From Candidatus Latescibacterota bacterium (GTDB taxonomy: Bacteria > Latescibacterota > UBA2968), in the NCBI GenBank assembly GCA_965204375.1, contig OZ241986.1:5728001-5792000 (forward strand): a stretch of DNA of 64,000 bases, written 5' to 3'. This document shows positions 46,552-55,456 of the stretch, piece after piece. Positions within the stretch are counted from its first letter, which is position 1; each line of letters opens with the position of its first letter. The position numbers were made by a program, and so were the translations under genes. The notes under the pieces are model-generated. The model saw only the letters and a list, made by a program, of their open reading frames with translations, was not told where the DNA came from and made no database searches.

Positions 46552-47589
46552 ATGGGAAAGCAGCAGATAGCAGCAACAACGCTCAATAAAGACGATTTGA
46601 TCGTTATTTGCGGGGCGGGTGGTTTTATTGCTGGTGCGCTGACGCGATATTTTCATGAACAGGAGTTTGTGCGGCTTCGCGCTGTTGATAAGAAGCCTTT
46701 GCCCGAATGGTACCAGCGCGTGCCGGGGGTGGAGAATCTGTGTTTGGATTTGAGCGATGAAGATAATTGCAAACGCGCCGTTGAAGGGGCTGCTGAAGTT
46801 TACAATCTCGCGGCGGATATGGGTGGGATGGGGTTTATTGAGCGATTCAGGGTCGAGTGTTTGCGGAGTATTCTCATTAATACTCATCTGATTGAAGCAG
46901 CTTATTGGGCAGGTGTTGAGCGGTATTTCTTTTCTTCTTCTGCCTGCGCGTATAATACTGAATTGCAGGAGGATCCCAATGTGCGCGCACTCAAAGAATC
47001 AGATGCGTATCCGGCTATGGCAGAGCGCGGATACGGTTGGGAGAAGTTGGTTTCGGAGATGTTTTGTGAGGAGTACTGGTCAGAGCGCGGGATGAAGACC
47101 GCGATTGCGCGGTTTCACAATGTGTATGGTCCTTATGGGACGTGGGATGGCGGACGAGAGAAGGCACCTGCAGCGCTTTGCCGCAAAGCGATTGAGGCCA
47201 AAGATAGCGGCAATCTCGAGATTGATATTTGGGGCGATGGCAACCAGACGCGCAGTTTTATGTATGTTGACGATTGTATTAAAGGCGTCGATATGATTAT
47301 GCACAGTGAAGACTTGATTGCAACGCCTATCAATCTGGGTTCGAGTGAATTGGTTTCTATCAATGAACTGGTGAGTGTTATTGAGGAGATCGGCGATGTT
47401 AAACTCAATCGCACGTATGATTTGACTGCGCCTCAGGGCGTTGCCGGGCGCAATAGTGACAATACCATGATTAAAGAGATTCTCGACTGGGAGCCAGATA
47501 CCTCTTTGTGCGATGGTATGGCTAAGACTTATGCCTGGATTGCACAACAATATGCGGACCGCAAAGCGGGTAAGCGAACGGTGAGTTGA
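46552..47589 (+). CDS. GDP-mannose 3',5'-epimerase-like extended SDR
   Basis: GAGGFIA, NLAADMGGMGFI, SSSACAY, YGWEK, GGREKAPAALCRK, GRNSDN. Confidence 0.85.
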   Translation: MGKQQIAATTLNKDDLIVICGAGGFIAGALTRYFHEQEFVRLRAVDKKPLPEWYQRVPGVENLCLDLSDEDNCKRAVEGAAEVYNLAADMGGMGFIERFRVECLRSILINTHLIEAAYWAGVERYFFSSSACAYNTELQEDPNVRALKESDAYPAMAERGYGWEKLVSEMFCEEYWSERGMKTAIARFHNVYGPYGTWDGGREKAPAALCRKAIEAKDSGNLEIDIWGDGNQTRSFMYVDDCIKGVDMIMHSEDLIATPINLGSSELVSINELVSVIEEIGDVKLNRTYDLTAPQGVAGRNSDNTMIKEILDWEPDTSLCDGMAKTYAWIAQQYADRKAGKRTVS

Positions 47590-47591
47590 GA

Positions 47592-47711
47592 GAAGTGTGA
47601 AGTAGGAAGTGTGAAGTGTGAAGTAGGAAGTGTGGAACGATGTACAATTGGTCGCATTCCAGACCAATTCACTGTGAAGAAGCACCCGCCATCTGCGTTC
47701 ATCTGCGGATG
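47592..47711 (+). repeat. Composite: GAAGTGT/GAAGTAG x6, 38-nt hairpin, ATCTGCG arm
   Basis: Heptamers 47592-47633; AATTGGTC-N8-GACCAATT (47646-47669); catctgcgttcatctgcggat (47690-47710). Confidence 0.85.
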
Positions 47712-47726
47712 CTTTTGGAGAATTAT

Positions 47727-48518
47727 ATGGGCAAAGATATTACGAGCGTTATTGGCAATATTCCCTTTCGCATGGCTTTTGCCGGTGGATGGATTGATCA
47801 GCCATTTTTGTCGCAGCACAATCCATCGCCTCCCGGGTCTATGGTTGTGGTTTCGCTTGAGCCGACCAGTCGTTTTATGAATCGCTGCGGTATGGCGACG
47901 AGTACGAGAGATGTTGCGATGAAGCTCTGGGGTTCTACGTTTCCCGATCGCGCGCCGTCCGATCTGGTGAAGGAATTGTACACGGTTGAAAATGAAGGCA
48001 AGGCCGAGCCGTCGGGGTCGCAAGATATGATTGGGTTGATTTATCCAGGTGTGAGCAGGCTCGACTACGATTGCGATTACGAGGGGGGGTATTTTCCGGT
48101 CCATATCGAGTCCAATAACGATCCCGATGTCGCGCGTTGGCTCGAAGGTGTGATCTATATGGTTCCCGTTGCCCCGCGGCCCGATGGATATGAGCCGTTG
48201 GGTGAAAAAAATTTAGATCTGAGATGGATTGATAGATTGAGTCAGTCGGGCAAGGATTGTTATGATGCGATTATTGCCCGAGATGCGCGGGGATTGGGCG
48301 CGTCTCTGAATGAGTGTATGGTGTGCTGGGAGACGCTTTTGCCACATACGGTGCGGCACTCAACTATCCGGATTGATCTGATGGGTATTCTGGAATATTA
48401 TCAGTCGAGATATGTCGGGGCGATGTATTCTGGCTGTGGCGGTGGGTATATTTACGTTGTGTCTGAAGAACCCGTGCCGGGTGCTCTTCGCGTGGATGTC
48501 CGATATGACAGAGGGTAG
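47727..48518 (+). CDS. GHMP kinase-like protein
   Basis: PFRMAFAGGWID, CGMATST, SGSQD, SGCGGG. Start trimmed to ATG 47727 (GGAG); the upstream in-frame part is repeat sequence. Confidence 0.7.
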   Translation: MGKDITSVIGNIPFRMAFAGGWIDQPFLSQHNPSPPGSMVVVSLEPTSRFMNRCGMATSTRDVAMKLWGSTFPDRAPSDLVKELYTVENEGKAEPSGSQDMIGLIYPGVSRLDYDCDYEGGYFPVHIESNNDPDVARWLEGVIYMVPVAPRPDGYEPLGEKNLDLRWIDRLSQSGKDCYDAIIARDARGLGASLNECMVCWETLLPHTVRHSTIRIDLMGILEYYQSRYVGAMYSGCGGGYIYVVSEEPVPGALRVDVRYDRG

Positions 48519-48521
48519 TGT

Positions 48522-49319
48522 ATGAAGACGGTCATTGTTTCAGGCAGTTTTGACGATATGAGGGCGCGCGATATACGTTTTTTGCAAGAGGCTTCCAGAT
48601 ACGGATGTCTTCACGCGCTGGTATGGGGGGATGGTGCCATTGAGGGGCGACCCAAATTTCCACAAGAAGAGCGCATGTATATGATGGATGCGATTCGCTA
48701 TGTGGACCGCGCGACGCTTGTGACGGAGTTGGGAGATAAAGATGGTCTTCCCGATACGATTCAGGCAGATGTTTGGGTGGTGGATGAGCGAGACGATACG
48801 CCGCAGAGACGACATTTTTGTGATGTGCACGATATCGCATATCGCGTTTTGACCGCAGATGATGTTAGAGGTTTTCCGATAGGGGAGACAGCGGATGGGG
48901 ATGCGCAAAATAAAAAAGTTATTGTTACGGGGTGTTTTGACTGGTTTCACTCCGGGCATATCCGATTTTTTGAAGAGGTGTCGGAGTTGGGCGATTTGTA
49001 CGTTGTTGTGGGTCACGATGCCAATGTCCGTTTGCTCAAAGGCGAACATCATCCGATGTTCGATGAAGACGAACGACGGTATGTGGTGCAATCCGTCCGT
49101 TTTGTCAAACAGGGGCTTATTTCATCTGGCGACGGATGGATGGATGCCGCGCCTGAGATTGATGTTATTAAACCGGATATTTATGCGGTGAATGAAGATG
49201 GCGATAAGCTGGAGAAGAGAGTTTTTTGCGAGGAACACGGTCTGGAATACGTCGTGTTAAAACGCGCGCCAAAGGAGGGATTGCCCCGCAGAGAAAGTAC
49301 GGTTTTGCGGGGGTTTTGA
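48522..49319 (+). CDS. Tandem cytidylyltransferase-family (HxGH) protein
   Basis: Domain 2 TGCFDWFHSGH...ERRY; domain 1 SGSFDDMRARD...ERMY lacks the histidines. Confidence 0.82.
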   Translation: MKTVIVSGSFDDMRARDIRFLQEASRYGCLHALVWGDGAIEGRPKFPQEERMYMMDAIRYVDRATLVTELGDKDGLPDTIQADVWVVDERDDTPQRRHFCDVHDIAYRVLTADDVRGFPIGETADGDAQNKKVIVTGCFDWFHSGHIRFFEEVSELGDLYVVVGHDANVRLLKGEHHPMFDEDERRYVVQSVRFVKQGLISSGDGWMDAAPEIDVIKPDIYAVNEDGDKLEKRVFCEEHGLEYVVLKRAPKEGLPRRESTVLRGF

Positions 49320-49361
49320 TTTTTCCACAATGAAACTTTATCGCGGAGCGTTTTGTCTTTT

Positions 49362-49396
49362 TATGTAGTTGCGGGTTTCAAACCCGCAACTACATA
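49362..49396. repeat. Perfect palindrome, GTAG-type REP-like
   Basis: TATGTAGTTGCGGGTTT-C-AAACCCGCAACTACATA, 17-bp arms. Confidence 0.8.
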
Positions 49397-49417
49397 CACA
49401 AATAACAGGATTGTGCG

Positions 49418-50950
49418 ATGTCAAATATTCTTTTCGATAAATACGATCTCGAATCCTATCTCAAGAAGCTTGGCTTCGACAGGGAACTCGCTTATAGACT
49501 CTGGTGTTATCGCAATGGGTTGGATACCGGTCTGGATAAAACTGCTGCTCAACGCAGGGCAGAAATTGATCTTATGCAACGCGAGGTTGAGCAGCGCGAT
49601 CCCGATGTTAGCCCGAGGCACAATGCCCACCGCGCCAAATTTATCGCCCGTATCTTTAAAGGCGAGCTTCAGGACGAGACTGTTTCAGATTTGCTCTTTC
49701 GCATTCGCGCGATTTACAATAATCTCGACGGTGATCCCGATGCGCAACGAGCATTGGGTCGCCTTGTTCTGCATGTTGAAAAATACGGCGATTTGATGCG
49801 GCCCGCACGCGCCTGCAAGCGTTTTGGTCATACGGTTGTCAATACCTATATCGCCGCTCTTGAGCAACTCGCTCGCAATCACACAGATTGGATTCGGCCC
49901 GTTGAGGATTGGCGACCTGGTAGCTATAAACCAGCGCACCAATTCTATAGCCTTGCGCGTCATCTTCTGGCACAATACGATGTGCCCGCATTTTTTGATA
50001 CGGCATTTTTGCAGGGCAATACACCAAAGGCGCGACAGGAACAAGCGTGGTTTATTCACGTTGGCATGGGGCAAAATATCCGCACAGCCGGTGTGCCTAT
50101 GCGGATTACAAAGCGCATGGCGCATTTGCTTTTGCAAGAAAAACGCAGTTATCACACCGTTGTTCAGTGCCTTCGCAAGGTTCAGTACATAGCTTATGGC
50201 GGCAACCCGAAAAGTGCCTGGGAAATTGCCCATGGGCCTCTGGGGGAAGGATTCGAGAACGAAGATTTTTGGGAGACTGTTGTCCATTTTCTCGCCAATC
50301 AGGCTTTTCTTGAACGCAGCTATATCAATCCCATTATCGACTATATCCGCAATCAAAAATTCACGCCCCAGCGCATTCCACAACCCGACGGTACGGAGAT
50401 CGAAGGGCCGCCGCTACATCCCAATTTTTGTATGAAGGGCCGCAGTATTAACAAGCTTCTCCGCCAGGTCGATGTGTGGCATCAAGAGCTTACGGGTCTG
50501 GAAGATGTCGAATTGGAAATTTGGGCGTCCTCTGGCTTTAGGGAGTTTGAACATGTGACACTGGACCCCAGGCTCAAACGCAATATTCAGTGGACGGTTC
50601 ACGAACTCATTACTTCGCAACAACTCTACGCCGAGGGGCGCATTATGCATCACTGCGCGGGGTCTTATGCCAAACGCTGTGCGGCGGGTGAGAGATCTCT
50701 CTGGTCTTTGCGCGCGATCGATCTCGACGCTGCCGAAGAAAATCAGGTGCAGGAGCATGTGCTTACTATTGAGGTCGATAATAAGAAAAAATCCGTCGTT
50801 CAAAACGCCGGCAAATTCAATCTCAAACCCTTTGGCAAAAAACATCTCGCCAAACAACGCCAAACGGGAAATGTTTACCTCCATCTCCTCCGCGAGGCGC
50901 CGACGATTATGCGCCTGTGGATGAATCGCGAAGGGTTGTCCCATGGATAA
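49418..50950 (+). CDS. PcfJ domain-containing protein
   Basis: L.AEG..MHHC.GSY...C..G...LWSL...LTIEV......Q..GK.N pattern. Confidence 0.78.
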   Translation: MSNILFDKYDLESYLKKLGFDRELAYRLWCYRNGLDTGLDKTAAQRRAEIDLMQREVEQRDPDVSPRHNAHRAKFIARIFKGELQDETVSDLLFRIRAIYNNLDGDPDAQRALGRLVLHVEKYGDLMRPARACKRFGHTVVNTYIAALEQLARNHTDWIRPVEDWRPGSYKPAHQFYSLARHLLAQYDVPAFFDTAFLQGNTPKARQEQAWFIHVGMGQNIRTAGVPMRITKRMAHLLLQEKRSYHTVVQCLRKVQYIAYGGNPKSAWEIAHGPLGEGFENEDFWETVVHFLANQAFLERSYINPIIDYIRNQKFTPQRIPQPDGTEIEGPPLHPNFCMKGRSINKLLRQVDVWHQELTGLEDVELEIWASSGFREFEHVTLDPRLKRNIQWTVHELITSQQLYAEGRIMHHCAGSYAKRCAAGERSLWSLRAIDLDAAEENQVQEHVLTIEVDNKKKSVVQNAGKFNLKPFGKKHLAKQRQTGNVYLHLLREAPTIMRLWMNREGLSHG

Positions 50951-51989
50951 TACTGCGATAGCCGGTCATGCGTTTCCTTTTGTCGAAGTGTCCGGTACGG
51001 CGTACGACATGGGGTATCAGCACGGCAAACAGGCTGCGGATCTCGTTCACAAATATCTCGTGTGGATTGAAAAGCTCACGGGCAAATCCCGCGATGAACT
51101 CTGCCAGAATGCGCGTGCTTTTTATCCCTTAATTGAAAATCTGAGTCCGTTGTTTATGGAAGAGATTCGCGGGCTTGCCGATGGTGCGGGTATTTCTTTT
51201 GACGAAGCTCTTTTGTGTCAGGCGCGGGGCGAGGCCGCCAGTGTTCCGCCCGAGGGGTGTACGGCTTTCGCGCTTACTGGCTCTGCGACTGCCGATGGGT
51301 ATCCCCTGGCCGGTCAAAATCAGGATCTCGCGCCCGAATACGCCGATGTCGCCATTCTCTTGCACGTCTGTCCTTCTGATGGGCGTCCCCGGGCATTGCT
51401 TTTCACTTTTGCGGGACAATTGGGTTATTCGGGTATGAACCAATACGGTCTGGCTCATTTTGCCAATGCGCTTTACGATTGTCCCTGGCAGATGGGCTTG
51501 CCTCACTACCCGCTCAAACGCATTATGCTGGAGCAGAAGGGTCTGGATACCTGTCTTCGAATTCTCAGACAACATCCCACCTGTTCGGCTGGCAACATGG
51601 TTTTTTGTTTTGGCGATGGACAGATTGCCGATCTCGAGATCCGTCCCGAAGGCGTGATGCAATTTACCGATACACATCCCGATGCGATTGTTCACGCCAA
51701 CCACTATCTCACGCCTGAATTTGCACCCTGCGAAACCAATAGTCTCGCCGATTCCTGCCCCCGGCGCGATAGGATGCGCGATCTGGTCAGAGAACACTGG
51801 GGCGATATCACAGTGGATACAATGAAGGCCATTCTCTCGGATCACGATGGCGATCCCGCAGCGATATGCCGCCACGGTGCTGTAGATATGTATTCTATTT
51901 CGGGTTATATTGCCGAACCCGCAAAGGGGTTGCTCCACGTTAGACGGGGATTGGGTTGCACGGGAACGTGGACGGCTTATGAGGTGTAG
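50943..51989 (+). CDS. C45 family (AAT) Ntn-hydrolase/acyltransferase
   Basis: G..YDMGYQHG, EEIRGLADG, GCT autoproteolysis site, GQNQD, GMN..G, HANH. Confidence 0.88.
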   Translation: MDNTAIAGHAFPFVEVSGTAYDMGYQHGKQAADLVHKYLVWIEKLTGKSRDELCQNARAFYPLIENLSPLFMEEIRGLADGAGISFDEALLCQARGEAASVPPEGCTAFALTGSATADGYPLAGQNQDLAPEYADVAILLHVCPSDGRPRALLFTFAGQLGYSGMNQYGLAHFANALYDCPWQMGLPHYPLKRIMLEQKGLDTCLRILRQHPTCSAGNMVFCFGDGQIADLEIRPEGVMQFTDTHPDAIVHANHYLTPEFAPCETNSLADSCPRRDRMRDLVREHWGDITVDTMKAILSDHDGDPAAICRHGAVDMYSISGYIAEPAKGLLHVRRGLGCTGTWTAYEV

Positions 51990-52006
51990 TGTTTTTACAG
52001 GCGGGT

Positions 52007-52945
52007 TCAGGGGGTCCAGGTTTTGGCGCGTTCGGCGTAGTCTCGGGCCTGAGCGGGGATATCTACGCCGACTTCTTCGGACCAGGCTGTGAGAAGCTGT
52101 TGATAGATGGGACCGGGTTTACCCGTGCCGACGGGTTGGAAGTTGAAGCGGGTGATGGGGACCATACAGATGGTGGTTGACGTGTACCAGGCTTCGTCGG
52201 CTTCTCGCACGTCGTAGGGTTCGATGTCGGTTTCATAGACGGGAATATTCAGTCTCGCAGCGATGTCCATGCAGACCTGGCGAGAGACGCCCCGCAGGAT
52301 ATCGTGTGGTTTGGGTGTGTGGATTTCGCCATTGCGGGCGATGAAGAAATTGGTGCCAGTGCCTTCGGTTATAAAGCCGCGTTCGTCGGTGAGGAGGGCG
52401 TTGGCACCTTTTTCCATGCGTTGAGCCTGGAGGTTGGCAATCTGGTAGTAGATGCGGCTGCGATTTTTGGCTTTGGGGTCGATGTACCGGGCGGGTACGG
52501 ATTGCTGGGGCGTGATGACAAAGTGAGCGCCCTGTTCGTAATAGTGGGCACTGCCTCCAATGTGGCGCACGAGCGGGATGACGTTGATGGTGACGATGGG
52601 ACTGGCACCTTCTGCGACGAGGGTGTCGTAAAAGCCCAGGGCTCCCCGGGTGACGTTGTGCATGATCTGAAAGTCCAGATTTTCCAGGGCGGACAGATTT
52701 TTTTTTATGGTTTTGTGTGTGGCGTCTTCCATCTGGTCAATGCTGAGGCCGCAGTCGATTTCGGCGTATTTCATGGAGGCGTACAGGCGTTTCAGATGGT
52801 TGCGAAGGCAGTAGGGTTTTTGCTTGAAGGAGCGGGTCATTTCAAATACCATGTCTCCAAACATCAGGGCGGAGTCGAAGATGGAGATACGGGCTTCGCG
52901 TTCGGGAACAAAGTTCCCGTTGAAATAGACGAGGCGCTGGGGCAT
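52007..52945 (-). CDS. Class IV PLP aminotransferase (branched-chain/D-amino acid type)
   Basis: FGDMVFE, HLKRL, AKNRSR, ITEGTGTNFF, ILRGVSR, ADEAW.TST. Confidence 0.9.
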   Translation of the reverse strand: MPQRLVYFNGNFVPEREARISIFDSALMFGDMVFEMTRSFKQKPYCLRNHLKRLYASMKYAEIDCGLSIDQMEDATHKTIKKNLSALENLDFQIMHNVTRGALGFYDTLVAEGASPIVTINVIPLVRHIGGSAHYYEQGAHFVITPQQSVPARYIDPKAKNRSRIYYQIANLQAQRMEKGANALLTDERGFITEGTGTNFFIARNGEIHTPKPHDILRGVSRQVCMDIAARLNIPVYETDIEPYDVREADEAWYTSTTICMVPITRFNFQPVGTGKPGPIYQQLLTAWSEEVGVDIPAQARDYAERAKTWTP

Positions 52946-53079
52946 GGGGAGACCTTTCATGAGAGTCGGAATTTGGGAAATAGGTTGTTATATATACGAC
53001 AATTTTTTTGAAATTCAAGTGAGGATGGCGATGGAGGTCACGGAGGTCGAACTATAAACCGAAAGAGAGGATCGAGACA

Positions 53080-54135
53080 ATGGCGGAGCGATATAGAGCG
53101 GCGTTAATCGGATGCGGCAGGATGGGGGCGACGATTGACGATGAGGTGCTGGATCGTCCCGATAGGCATCTGTGGATCCCGTATTCACATGCAGCAGCGG
53201 CTGTGGCGTGTGAGCGGACGGAACTCGTAGCGGTTTCGGATGTGATAGCAGAGAAGGCAGAGGCGATTCGCCAGCGGTACGAGGTTGCGGTTTGTTATAC
53301 GGATTATCGGGAGATGATTGAGAAGGAGAAGCCGGATATCGTGTGTATCGCGACCCGTCCAGCGACCCATTCAGATATAACGGTTTTTGCGGCCGAACAT
53401 GGGGTGAAGGGGATTTATTGCGAGAAGCCATTGTGCTGTTCGATGGCAGAGGCAGACGCGATGGTGGCAGTGGTTGAGAAGTACGGAGTGAAGTTCAATT
53501 ACGGTACGCAGCGGCGATATATTTCGGTTTATCGGAAGATGCGGGAACTGGCGGATGCCGGGGAATTGGGTACGGTGCAGGCTGTGATTGTGCAGGATGG
53601 GGTGACAGCGGCGTTGTGGGGGTTAACCCATGGGGCAGATATGATGTTATTATTAGCCGGAGATGCCGAGATTGAGTACGTGCAGGGCACCATTGTGTGT
53701 GAGGATGAGGATTGGGAGGGCAATCGCCTGAATGTGGATCCGGGCATAGCCAGCGGGTACGTTCGGTTTGCCAATGGGGTTCACGGATATACAACGGCGG
53801 GTAGCGGCTCAGAGTTTGAGATTTGTGGCTCGGAGGGAAAGTTGAGAACGTTTAATAATGCGATGACCTATCAGTTTCGAAAGGCAAGCGGCGTGCGATA
53901 TATGCTGGAGGAGCAGGCATTTCCAGAGGTTCCGTGCGAGAGTGGCACGGTGAATGGGATTCGGGATATCGCGGAGGCGCTGGATACAGGGCGAGAGACA
54001 AAGGGGCCGGTTCATCTGGCGCGACGGAGCCAGGAGATGGTGATGGGGTTTATTGAGTCGCATCGGTTGGGCGGTGTGCGGGTAAGTTTGCCGATGGAGA
54101 ACCGAGAACTGTATGTGGGGCGGGAGAACTGGTGA
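53080..54135 (+). CDS. Gfo/Idh/MocA family oxidoreductase
   Basis: IGCGRMG, YCEKPL, THGAD; same subfamily pattern as 29506-30603. Confidence 0.9.
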   Translation: MAERYRAALIGCGRMGATIDDEVLDRPDRHLWIPYSHAAAAVACERTELVAVSDVIAEKAEAIRQRYEVAVCYTDYREMIEKEKPDIVCIATRPATHSDITVFAAEHGVKGIYCEKPLCCSMAEADAMVAVVEKYGVKFNYGTQRRYISVYRKMRELADAGELGTVQAVIVQDGVTAALWGLTHGADMMLLLAGDAEIEYVQGTIVCEDEDWEGNRLNVDPGIASGYVRFANGVHGYTTAGSGSEFEICGSEGKLRTFNNAMTYQFRKASGVRYMLEEQAFPEVPCESGTVNGIRDIAEALDTGRETKGPVHLARRSQEMVMGFIESHRLGGVRVSLPMENRELYVGRENW

Positions 54136-54194
54136 GCGCGCGTTATTACTCCCCAGCCCATATTCTATTTCTGCTGTCTGGAAGGAGGATGGCG

Positions 54195-55454
54195 ATGAAG
54201 ATCACGGAGATTGAGGTGATTCCGCTTCGGGTCCCGTATGAGGCGCGTATCCGGAAGGCGTATTATCATTTTGCGATGAGGGAAGAGGTGACGGTTTATA
54301 AGTTTTATACGGATACGGGACTGATAGGGTTGGGGGAGAATGTGGGGTCGCCGTTTGGTCAGAAGATGCTGGAGACTTATATCGGGACGGATCCATTTGA
54401 CCATGTGATGGGGCAGGGGCGGTTTAATCTGGATATGGCGTGCTACGATTTGATGGGCAAGCATCTGGGGTTGCCGGCGTGGAAGCTGATGGGGCAGCAG
54501 GTGCGTCAGTGGGTGGCTATGGGGTGGTGGATGCCGTGTATGTCGGTGGAGGATACAGCGGCGGAGGTGCAGGTGGCGGCAGAGCGGGGATACCGGGGGT
54601 TGAAGTGCAAGGCGCGGGCGTTTTACGATGTGGTGGCATGCGCACAGGCGATTCAGGATGTTGCGCCAGTGGATTTCCGGGTGGAGTTCGATTTTAACGG
54701 GGCGCTGATTTGTGTGGAGAAAGCGTTGCCGGTGTTGCGGGAGTTGGAGAAGATTCCGGTGGTGAAGGGGGTGGAGGAGCCAATTTTTGCGTATGATGTT
54801 GAAGGGTGGCGCAGGCTGCATGAGGCGATTCGGATACCGTTCTATTTGCACGGGGTGCGGGTGCTGTGTGAGGCGGCGTCGCGGCAGCCATCAGGGCCGT
54901 GGATAGGACTTCGGGCGGGAGATTTTGATGGGGCGCTTTGCAGCCATGAGTGTGTGCGGGATGCACTGGCGGCGGCTTGGACTTTTGCGGCGGCGAATAC
55001 GCCGATTTTGTTGCAGTATGTGGGAACGGGGATTACGACGGCGTTCGCGCTTCAGTTGGGTGCGGTGATGCCGACAGCGACGCTGCCTGGGGTGACGGCA
55101 AGCCATTCTTATGAGGACGATTTGATTGTGGATGCACATTTGGTGCAGCGCGGGTTTATGAAGGTTCCAGAGGGGCCTGGCCTGGGCGTGGTGCTGGATG
55201 AGGATGCCGTGGCGGAGTATCGGGAGATACCTGCTGTGGAATGGCCCCGGCACGTTTCGGTGGTGACGCTGCCGGGTGGTATCAAACATTATTATCGCGA
55301 TTTGCAACAGGCAGAGCGGCTGATGAAACAGGGGGTGGATGAGTCGTTTGCACCGGGCGTGCGCCTGGATGAGTGGGAGGACGATGGGAGCGAGGAATTT
55401 GACAGGCTTTGGACCCAGTTGCAGGCGCAGGATGCACCGATTTGGGACGGGTGA
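54195..55454 (+). CDS. Mandelate racemase / muconate lactonizing enzyme (enolase superfamily)
   Basis: TDTGLIGLGE, DMACYDLMGK...P, KCK (KxK), DFN, EEP, PEGPGLGV. AGGAGG RBS before ATG 54195. Confidence 0.85.
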   Translation: MKITEIEVIPLRVPYEARIRKAYYHFAMREEVTVYKFYTDTGLIGLGENVGSPFGQKMLETYIGTDPFDHVMGQGRFNLDMACYDLMGKHLGLPAWKLMGQQVRQWVAMGWWMPCMSVEDTAAEVQVAAERGYRGLKCKARAFYDVVACAQAIQDVAPVDFRVEFDFNGALICVEKALPVLRELEKIPVVKGVEEPIFAYDVEGWRRLHEAIRIPFYLHGVRVLCEAASRQPSGPWIGLRAGDFDGALCSHECVRDALAAAWTFAAANTPILLQYVGTGITTAFALQLGAVMPTATLPGVTASHSYEDDLIVDAHLVQRGFMKVPEGPGLGVVLDEDAVAEYREIPAVEWPRHVSVVTLPGGIKHYYRDLQQAERLMKQGVDESFAPGVRLDEWEDDGSEEFDRLWTQLQAQDAPIWDG

Positions 55455-55456
55455 AG

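Noticed and set aside
47640-47726. N-terminal extension of the GHMP-like ORF
   Set aside because: It is translated repeat and hairpin sequence (ICVHLR); a better start with RBS is at 47727.
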